Assembly: GCA_028279115.1 (NCBI GenBank)
Contig: JANQSV010000087.1
Location: forward strand, 1 to 44,147
From: Pseudomonadales bacterium
GTDB lineage: Bacteria > Pseudomonadota > Gammaproteobacteria > Pseudomonadales > Pseudohongiellaceae
DNA length: 44,147 bases
Reading direction: 5' to 3'
This document shows, one piece after another, positions 35,037 to 42,258 of the stretch. The notes under the pieces were generated by a model. It was not told the DNA's origin. It saw only the letters and a program-made list of their open reading frames with translations, and searched no databases. The stretch's first letter is position 1; every line of letters begins with the position of its first letter. The position numbers and the translations under genes are program-made.

Positions 35037-36380
35037 ATGAAAATTCGCAGTATTGCCATTGCCGGCTTGTTGCCGGTGTTGTTCCAGGCGACGCCGGCCG
35101 TTGCGGCCGAGCGGGACTTTCACGATATCGTGGCGGCGGTTTCCGCCGAACGTATCGAGCGGGACATTCGGACGCTGGTCGGTTTCGGCACGCGCCATAC
35201 CCTGTCGGAGACCGGCTCCGACACCCGCGGCATCGGCGCGGCGCGCCGATGGGTCGAGGCCGAGTTCAATCGGATTTCAGACGCCTGCGGCGGCTGTCTG
35301 GAAGTGTTTACCGTCAGCGGCGTCGTTTCCGGCGAGAACCGCATTCCCGACCCCGTGGAAGTGGTCAATGTCATTGCCATGTTGCGGGGCGAGAGCGAGC
35401 CGAACCGGATAGTGATGATGTCTGCCCATCTGGATTCCAGGGTCAGTGACCCGATGAATTTCGAGTCCGACTCTCCGGGCGCGAACGACGACGCCTCGGG
35501 CGTGGCCGGCGTCATCGAGGCGGCGCGGGTGCTGAGCCAGTATCGATTCCCGGCCACTATCGCCCTGACTGGTCTTTCCGGCGAGGAACAGGGCTTGCAC
35601 GGCGCCCGGATTCTCTCGCAATACGCCATTGACAACGGCTGGAATCTCGACGCCGTGCTCAACAACGACATGATCGGCAATATCACTGGCATCAATGGCG
35701 TCATCGACAACACCACCGCCCGGGTTTTTTCCGAAGGCACGCGCTATCTGGAAACCGAAGGGGAAGCAAACCAGCGTCGCGCGCAAGGCGGCGAGGTCGA
35801 TTCGCCTTCACGCAACGTCGCCCGCTACGTCGACGAAATGGCGGATCGCTATATCCCCAATCTCGACACGATGATGATCTACCGGATTGACCGCTTTGGC
35901 CGCGGCGGCGATCACCGGCGCTTCAACGAGGCAGGTTTCCCCGCAGTGCGAATAATGGAGACCAACGAAAACTACAACTACCAGCATCAGGACATTCGCG
36001 TCGAAGACGGCATCGCCTATGGCGACGTGATCGAGCATGTGAACTTCGAATACGCCGCCAAGCTCACGGGGCTGAACGCGGTCACGCTCGCCGCCATGGC
36101 CTGGGCGCCCGCGCCGCCGGCCAATGTCGTCATCGAAGGAGCGGTGCGGCCGAGCACCACCTTGAACTGGGAACGGGTGCCCGGGGCCGCCGGCTACCGG
36201 GTGCACTGGCGGCTGACGACTTCGCCGACCTGGGATTTTCAGCGGGACGTCGGCGATGTGGACAGTTTCACGCTGGAGAACGTCGTTATCGACAACTACT
36301 TCTTCGGCGTCTCGAGTCTGTCCGCCGACGGCATCCAGAGTCCGGTGGTTTTTCCCGGCCCGGCGGGCTCATTCGACTGA
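35037..36380 (+). CDS. M28 family metallopeptidase, exported
   Basis: Signal peptide MKIRSIAIAGLLPVLFQATPAVAA. M28 motifs VVNVIAMLRGE, MMSAHLDSRV, PGANDDASGVAGVIEAARVL and GEEQGLHGA. The C-terminal ~90 aa look like a beta-sandwich (FN3-like) domain. Confidence 0.88.
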   Translation: MKIRSIAIAGLLPVLFQATPAVAAERDFHDIVAAVSAERIERDIRTLVGFGTRHTLSETGSDTRGIGAARRWVEAEFNRISDACGGCLEVFTVSGVVSGENRIPDPVEVVNVIAMLRGESEPNRIVMMSAHLDSRVSDPMNFESDSPGANDDASGVAGVIEAARVLSQYRFPATIALTGLSGEEQGLHGARILSQYAIDNGWNLDAVLNNDMIGNITGINGVIDNTTARVFSEGTRYLETEGEANQRRAQGGEVDSPSRNVARYVDEMADRYIPNLDTMMIYRIDRFGRGGDHRRFNEAGFPAVRIMETNENYNYQHQDIRVEDGIAYGDVIEHVNFEYAAKLTGLNAVTLAAMAWAPAPPANVVIEGAVRPSTTLNWERVPGAAGYRVHWRLTTSPTWDFQRDVGDVDSFTLENVVIDNYFFGVSSLSADGIQSPVVFPGPAGSFD

Positions 36381-36382
36381 TT

Positions 36383-37891
36383 ACCCGCTCGACCACGGCC
36401 GACCAGATCACGCCCGAGAACTTCGGCGATCTCGAAGTCGCCTGGGTCTGGGACGGCGCCAGCTTCGAGGCGCAAAGCGGACGCTCGACGCCGAGCCTGA
36501 TCAATGGCCGACTGTATACTGTCGCCGGCGCGCGCCGCCACGACGGCGCCATCGATCCTTCGACCGGCGGGCGCCACCTTGTGGTCCCACCGCGAGCCCG
36601 ACACGAGGCGCTGGCCCTATTCCATGCGCGCCGACTACGGCAAGGGCGTGGGTTACGCCAATATCGATGGCCGTGACGTCGTCCATATCATCTCGCCGGG
36701 ATTCTTCCTGACGGCGCTGGATGCGGCGACCGGCCAACCCCTGGAAGGCTTCGGCGGCCCGGTGCCGATCGAAGGCTTTCCGGACACCGGCGTGGTCGAT
36801 CTGCTGGCCGATCTCGGGCATCCGTACGACCCTTATGAGGGCATTCCGCTCGAACGCGGCTATATCACTTCTTCTTCGCCGCCTATCGTCGTGAACGACG
36901 TGGTCGTCGTCGGCAGCTCGGCGGAGCAAGGTTATAACCAGTCGCGCATCGAGAACGTGCCCGGCGACATTCTCGGCTACGACGCCCGCACCGGCGAGTT
37001 TCTGTGGAAGTTCAACGTCATCCCGCAGCCCGGCGAGTACGGTCACGAGACCTGGGAAAACGACGCCTGGCAATACACCGGTGACATCTGCCAATCTCCA
37101 ATACACCGGGGACATCTACCAATCTCGGCCGACCCGGAGCTCGACATGGTCTACATCCCCACCAATGGCGTAACCATCGACTACTACGGCGACCACCATC
37201 CCGGGGATAACCTCTATGACGCCAGCCTGATCGCGCTCAACGCCGCGACCGGCGAGCGCGCCTGGCACTTCCAGATGGTGCGCCACGACATCTGGAACCA
37301 CGACACGCCGACCGCCCCTATCCTGCTCGATGTGACGAAGGATTCCGGGCCGATGCCGGTAGTAGCCCAGGCGACCAAGCAGAGCTACGTCTATATCTTC
37401 AACCGGGAAACCGGAGAAGCGGTCTGGCCGATCGAGGAAGTGCCCATGCCGGCCTCAACTGGTCCCGGTGAGCAACTTGCCGAAACGCAGCCGATCCCGA
37501 CCCGGACAGCGACGTAATGCACATCATCTCCCGTTATAGCTGCGGCGCACGCCCCCTGGTCAGCGGCGAGCATCTCTGGATGATTCCCGCCGGCTATACG
37601 CCGGACCGCATCCGAGATCTGCCGGCCCTGGCCGGAGTGGATATCGGCAACACCGGTTCCGGCGCCGTCGGCCCCATGGTGGTCACCGGCAACATGCTGA
37701 TCTATGGAAACGTCACCGGAGACGGCGCACCGCATCTGTTCGCGCTGGACAAGATGACCGGCGAGGAACTCGCCCGGGTCGAGGCGCCGGCAATCAGCCG
37801 CTATGACATGAGTTCATGGGTTTTTGAAGGAAGGCAGTATGTTATCCTGCAAACTGGCAGTTCACTGACGGCCATGGCGTTGCCGGAGTAG
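36383..37891 (+). pseudogene. Disrupted PQQ-dependent dehydrogenase (soluble beta-propeller type)
   Basis: Homology starts with no start codon or signal right after the M28 stop (..ADQITPENFGDLEVAWVWD..). The frame shifts near 36568-36574 (..IDPSTGG | [19 protein letters not shown]..). An imperfect 28-bp tandem duplication lies at 37071-37126. A stop at 37515-37517 is followed by a C-terminal fragment in another frame (37517-37891), with a large internal segment missing. Confidence 0.8.
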
Positions 37892-38521
37892 ATGATCAAG
37901 CTCTACGGCTTTCAACAGTCGCGCTCCTTCCGCGCCTTGTGGGCGCTGGAGGAGAGCGGCCTCGAATACGAGTACGTCCAGGTCAAACTGCGCACTGACG
38001 CGGAAGTTCCGGACAGCGCGAAAAATCCGAGATATCTCGCGGTGAACGCGCAAGGCAAGGTGCCGACGCTCGTCGACGGCGACCTGACGCTGACCGAGTC
38101 CGTAGCCATCCTGTACTACATCGCGCGTTCGGCGCCGGAGTCGGGCCTGCTGCCCAATGCGAGCATGGACGTTTACGCGCGCATCGACGAACTCGCCTGC
38201 TTCGTGCTTGCCGAACTCGAACAGCCGCTATGGAGCAAGGGCAAACACATGTTCGCCCTGCCCGGGGAACATCGCATTCCGCGAATGCTCGAAACCGCGA
38301 ATTTCGAGTTCGACAAAGCGCTGGGGGCGCTCGAACACCTGCTCGATGACGGGGAATACGCCATCGGCGACTCGTTTTCCCTGGTGGACATACTGCTTGC
38401 CCAGACCTTCAATTGGGCGATTCGATTCGAGTTCGACTTGCCGCGGAAATACGCCGACTTTCGCAATCGGCTTTACAGCCGACCCGCATGCCGGCGGGCC
38501 CTGGAGGTAATGCGGCAGTAA
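37892..38521 (+). CDS. glutathione S-transferase family protein
   Basis: MIKLYGFQQSRSFRALWALEESGLEYEYV..GKVPTLVDGDLTLTESVAILYYI is a thioredoxin-like GST N-domain, followed by a helical C-domain. Confidence 0.88.
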   Translation: MIKLYGFQQSRSFRALWALEESGLEYEYVQVKLRTDAEVPDSAKNPRYLAVNAQGKVPTLVDGDLTLTESVAILYYIARSAPESGLLPNASMDVYARIDELACFVLAELEQPLWSKGKHMFALPGEHRIPRMLETANFEFDKALGALEHLLDDGEYAIGDSFSLVDILLAQTFNWAIRFEFDLPRKYADFRNRLYSRPACRRALEVMRQ

Positions 38522-38529
38522 TCGTTCTC

Positions 38530-38572
38530 GTCATTCTGCGCGAAGCGCAGTGATTCGGGGCATCCATGCCCC
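38530..38572. repeat. A-type half element
   Basis: GTCATTCTGCGCGAAGCGCAGTGATTC followed by GGGGCATccATGCCCC, immediately after the GST stop. Confidence 0.7.
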
Positions 38573-38658
38573 TCACCCTTTGGGCGGTGCTGCGCACCGT
38601 CCAAAATGACAATCCTGCCATTTTGTCGCAGAATCTGTGACCAACATGAAATTCGCCA

Positions 38659-39450
38659 GTGTTTGACAATCTCGCCGCCTATCTCCAGGCCGCGCTGACC
38701 AGCCGCCGCTCGGACCGGCAACAGCGCCTGAACCATATCGGCATTGCGGTAGTCGAAATCGAAGACCGCCGTCTCGTCTCGGCGGTACTCGACAACTCTC
38801 CCGCGTTCGAGGCGGGCTTGCGGCGCGGAGACCGCATCGTTTCCGTCAATGGCGAGCCTTTCCATCCGGTTTACTCGTTCAACCCCCAACCACCGGCGGT
38901 ACCGGAACCCGACCGCCAGGTCTTCCGCCTGGTCTTCTCCCGCAATGGCGCGGAACAGGAAGTGGCTGTCACGCCGATTTTCAACAATCTGTTCGACAGC
39001 TATCGCAGCGCGGTCGAGGCCAGTGCGCAACAGTTCAACGTGGGCAACAAGGTGATCGGCTACGTGCGGCTGTGGGGCATCAGCCGCAACGCCAACGACC
39101 TGGTGGTTCTGCAGCGCATCATGGCGGATCTCGGGACCACGAGCAGCCTGATCGTGGATCTGCGCAACGCCGCCGGCTATCTCGACCGGGAGCATCTGGC
39201 CCTGTTCCTGCCGGGCGATTTCGGCGACTACTATTCCAGCCCGCTGGCATTGATAATCGACCGATTCACCTCCGGCCCCGCCGAGGCTTTCGTCAGGGAA
39301 CTCTCGCGGCTCGAGCGCGTCACGAGCGTCGGCTCCGCAACCGCCGGCGGCCTGCAACCCGAACTGCCCGCCGACTGGCCGCTCGACTCGACCTCCGCAA
39401 ACGACCCCCAGTTCGAAGCCGCCCTCGGTTTTTTGGCGGGATTGTTCTGA
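38659..39450 (+). CDS. PDZ-domain, S41-peptidase-like protein, probably degenerate or truncated
   Basis: GTG start with no signal peptide. PDZ-like LDNSPAFEAGLRRGDRIVSVNG. S41-like IGYVRLWGIS...LIVDLRNAAGY and LALIIDRFTSGPAEAF. Where S41 enzymes have T.GKG, this protein has TAGG, so the catalytic Lys appears to be missing. It is also about 130 aa shorter than typical family members. Confidence 0.45.
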   Translation: MFDNLAAYLQAALTSRRSDRQQRLNHIGIAVVEIEDRRLVSAVLDNSPAFEAGLRRGDRIVSVNGEPFHPVYSFNPQPPAVPEPDRQVFRLVFSRNGAEQEVAVTPIFNNLFDSYRSAVEASAQQFNVGNKVIGYVRLWGISRNANDLVVLQRIMADLGTTSSLIVDLRNAAGYLDREHLALFLPGDFGDYYSSPLALIIDRFTSGPAEAFVRELSRLERVTSVGSATAGGLQPELPADWPLDSTSANDPQFEAALGFLAGLF

Positions 39451-39509
39451 TCTTACGTTTCGTCCAGAAATTTGATATGTAATCAAGTCGCACCAGCAGC
39501 GATGCCCGA

Positions 39510-39761
39510 ATGGCATCCATGTTGCTGGCGCGGTCGAGGGCGATTGCTGCCTGGTTTCTCACCGATGCTGCCTTCATCAACATCAATGAGTATTTCTATC
39601 GAGATGAATTTGAGGCTGAACTGCGGGCTTTGGTCGACGAAGACAGGACCAAAATAGAACAGCGAATCACTGAGACGTTGAGGCAAAAGGGTCAGCAACT
39701 GGACGAGGAAATTGCTGAAGACTTCCGCTTGAGCGGGTTGGCTGACGACCGCGAGGAATAG
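39510..39761 (+). CDS. hypothetical protein (83 aa), low confidence
   Basis: Open frame in a less GC-rich islet with an acidic helical C-terminus (EFEAELRALVDEDRTKIEQRITETLRQKG). No recognisable family and no clear RBS. Confidence 0.25.
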   Translation: MASMLLARSRAIAAWFLTDAAFININEYFYRDEFEAELRALVDEDRTKIEQRITETLRQKGQQLDEEIAEDFRLSGLADDREE

Positions 39762-39865
39762 AAGCCACCCCGGCCTGCCTCCAAGTCAAACTCAATTCCA
39801 AAATCCCTGCAAGAAAATCCGGAAAGCAACGGTCTCGTATTTTCGCAGTCGAGTACTTTATCAGA

Positions 39866-39894
39866 TTGACACCTGTAATATGACGCATTACGCT
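39866..39894 (+). promoter_or_regulatory. Candidate higB-3 promoter (near-leaderless geometry) with an operator-like inverted repeat
   Basis: TTGACA (39866-39871), a 17-bp spacer, TACGCT (39889-39894), then 5 nt to ATG 39900. The spacer contains GTAAT-atgacgc-ATTAC. Confidence 0.45.
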
Positions 39895-39899
39895 AATCA

Positions 39900-40178
39900 A
39901 TGATAATTGGCTTCAAGAGCAAATCGCTGAAGCGATTTATGGAGCGTGGAGATGAGAGCCGCATTAATGCGGAGCATCGCGAGACTGTGCGGGATATACT
40001 CGCCCGACTCAATGCTTCGGCTGTACCAGAGGATATGGACCTGCCCGGATTCGCTTTGCATCCACTCAAGCAGGATCTCGCCGGCTACTGGGCTGTCACG
40101 GTCCGCGCCAATTGGCGCATCATTTTCCGGTTTGAAAGTGGACATGCGTTTGATGTGGATTATCTTGATTATCACTAG
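39900..40178 (+). CDS. higB: type II toxin HigB (RelE/ParE superfamily)
   Basis: MIIGFKSKSLKRFMERGD...GYWAVTVRANWRIIFRFESGHAFDVDYLDYH. Confidence 0.9.
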   Translation: MIIGFKSKSLKRFMERGDESRINAEHRETVRDILARLNASAVPEDMDLPGFALHPLKQDLAGYWAVTVRANWRIIFRFESGHAFDVDYLDYH

Positions 40179-40190
40179 AGGGGATTTGTG

Positions 40191-40481
40191 ATGTTGATGC
40201 ACGATCCACCTCATCCGGGCACGGTGATCAAGCGGCAATGCCTGCAGCCATTGGGTCTGACTGTAACCGAGGCGGCCCAAGGACTTGCGGTATCGCGCAA
40301 TACCTTATCGATGCTGTTGAACGGCCGCATCGGGGTTTCGCCCGAAATGGCGATTCGGCTTTCCGAGGCATTCGGCGGCAGCGCGGAAAGCTGGTTGCGG
40401 CAGCAAATGCAGTATGACCTCTGGCATGCGTTGCAAAAACGGGAAAAGGTCAGAATCCAGAGGTTTGCCGAGGCTTCCTGA
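40191..40481 (+). CDS. higA: HigA-family antitoxin (XRE HTH)
   Basis: ATG 40191 (GAGGGG 7 nt upstream); the ORF-track start at 40188 is [65 protein letters not shown]. Confidence 0.9.
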   Translation: MLMHDPPHPGTVIKRQCLQPLGLTVTEAAQGLAVSRNTLSMLLNGRIGVSPEMAIRLSEAFGGSAESWLRQQMQYDLWHALQKREKVRIQRFAEAS

Positions 40482-40583
40482 GGGACTGCATTGACGAGAT
40501 ACTCTCGGTATACTGCCCACCTCGTCGGGGCGTGCCCGGTAGGCGCGCCGATTCGGAATTCAGCTACTGGTGGGAGTTGCGCA

Positions 40584-42020
40584 ATGCTCAAGGCTTACAA
40601 CAATTTTTACATCAACGGATCATGGCGGGAACCCGCGGGGCGGGAACTGCTCGAAGTCATCAATCCGGCAACCGAAAAGGCATTCGCAACCATCAGTCTG
40701 GGCACGGCGGAAGACGTCGACCAGGCGGCCAGGGCAGCGCGGGCGGCTTTCGACGCGTGGTCCCGATCGAGCGTGGAAGAGCGAATCGAAGTAATCCGGA
40801 ACATCATTGCGGGAATCAAGACTCGCGCCGGCGAGTTGGCAACCGCGATCTCCGACGAAATGGGCGCGCCGATGCGGCTGTCCAGCACCGCGCAGGTCGG
40901 CAGTGGTATCGGACACTTTCAGAGCATCATTCCCATTCTCGAGAATTATCAGTTCGAAGAAGACCGCGGCGCTTCGCTCGTCGTCAAGGAGCCGGCCGGC
41001 GTCTGCGGCTTCATTACTCCCTGGAACTGGCCGCTGAATCAGATCGCCTGCAAGGTCGCGCCGGCCCTCGCAGCGGGTTGCACCATGGTGCTCAAGCCGA
41101 GCGAAATCGCGCCGGTCAGCGCCTACCTGCTGGCCGAAGTTATCGCCGAATCCGGTTTGCCCGCAGGCGTTTTCAATCTCGTCAACGGCGACGGCCCCAC
41201 CGTGGGGGCGGCGATTTCCTCGCATCCCGAGATCGATGTGGTTTCCTTCACGGGTTCGACCCGCGCCGGGCGCGAAGTCGCCCGCAACGCCGCCGATGGC
41301 ATCAAGCGCGTCACCCAAGAACTCGGCGGCAAGTCGGCGAATATCATTCTTGACGACGCGCCCGATTTCGCCAAAGCGGTCAGCGGCGGCGTGATTGGCT
41401 GTTTCGGCAATAGCGGCCAGTCCTGCAATGCGCCCACGCGCATGCTCGTGCCTGCATCGCGCATGGCCGAAGCGGCGGAAATCGCCCGCGCGGCGGCAGC
41501 CAAAGCTGTTGTCGGCGACCCGAAAGCCGAAGGCACCCGACTCGGCCCCGTCGTCAGTGAATTGCAGTTCGGCAAGATCCAGAGTCTGATCGAAAAAGGT
41601 ATCGAGGAAGGCGCGGAACTTGTCGCAGGCGGAACCGGCAGACCTGACGGACTTGCGTCAGGTTACTATGTGAAGCCCACGGTGTTCGCGAACGTGTCCA
41701 ACGACATGACCATCGCCCGGGAGGAAATTTTCGGGCCGGTGCTTTGCATCATTGGCTACAAGGACGATGAGGACGCGGTGGCGATCGCCAACGACACCGA
41801 ATACGGTCTGTCGGGATACGTTTCGGGCGAGCCGTCACACGCCGGCGATATTGCGCGCCGGCTCCGCACAGGCAATGTGCATATCAACGGCGCCGGCCCG
41901 GATTTCGCCGCGCCATTCGGCGGCTACAAGAAATCCGGCAACGGCCGCGAATGGGGCGTAGAAGGCTTTGAGGAATTCCTTGAGACCAAAGCGATTATGA
42001 GTGAGGCCCGGTCGGCGTAG
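40584..42020 (+). CDS. NAD(P)-dependent aldehyde dehydrogenase family protein
   Basis: Trimmed to ATG 40584 (MLKAYNNFYINGSW). ALDH motifs FITPWNWPL, VSFTGSTRAG, ELGGKSANII and the catalytic Cys context GQSCNAPTR. Confidence 0.92.
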   Translation: MLKAYNNFYINGSWREPAGRELLEVINPATEKAFATISLGTAEDVDQAARAARAAFDAWSRSSVEERIEVIRNIIAGIKTRAGELATAISDEMGAPMRLSSTAQVGSGIGHFQSIIPILENYQFEEDRGASLVVKEPAGVCGFITPWNWPLNQIACKVAPALAAGCTMVLKPSEIAPVSAYLLAEVIAESGLPAGVFNLVNGDGPTVGAAISSHPEIDVVSFTGSTRAGREVARNAADGIKRVTQELGGKSANIILDDAPDFAKAVSGGVIGCFGNSGQSCNAPTRMLVPASRMAEAAEIARAAAAKAVVGDPKAEGTRLGPVVSELQFGKIQSLIEKGIEEGAELVAGGTGRPDGLASGYYVKPTVFANVSNDMTIAREEIFGPVLCIIGYKDDEDAVAIANDTEYGLSGYVSGEPSHAGDIARRLRTGNVHINGAGPDFAAPFGGYKKSGNGREWGVEGFEEFLETKAIMSEARSA

Positions 42021-42172
42021 CCGACGAAAAGCGCAGCTTTTCGAGGGCCGAACGACTTGCCATGGATGGCAAGGCCAGGGGTTGGAGAAACCAAAGAAGT
42101 CACGCCATGGACGGCATGCAGTGACAAACAGAATGCAGTTGTCCCGGTCGGCGTAGCCGACGAAAAGCGCTC
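42006..42172. repeat. Inverted B-type repeat cluster containing an exact 28-bp direct repeat
   Basis: CCCGGTCGGCGTAGCCGACGAAAAGCGC occurs identically at 42007-42034 and 42143-42170. The reverse complement matches B units (GGCCCTC.AAAGC...GCTTTTCGTCGGCT.CGCCGACCGG). The first copy supplies the last codons and the TAG stop of the aldehyde dehydrogenase. Confidence 0.85.
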
Positions 42173-42180
42173 TCCCCCCC

Positions 42181-42215
42181 AAAAAAAGCAGTGACCGGAC
42201 GAGGCCGGTCACTGC
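42181..42215 (-). terminator. Rho-independent terminator of the partial TonB-dependent receptor gene
   Basis: Minus strand reads GCAGTGACCGG-cctcgt-CCGGTCACTGC (perfect 11-bp stem) followed by TTTTTTT, 44 nt after the stop at 42259. Confidence 0.88.
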
Positions 42216-42258
42216 TCTGATTGGCAAAAGAAGCTTTCTTGTTCTTTCGCGCCCTTTC

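Noticed and set aside
36381-36410. Possible 10-bp insertion (CGACCAcggcCGACCA) at the start of the PQQ-dehydrogenase remnant.
   Set aside because: The frame starting at 36383 already reads a plausible ..RSTTADQITPENFGDLEVAW.. without invoking an insertion, so the local repeat is probably coincidental.
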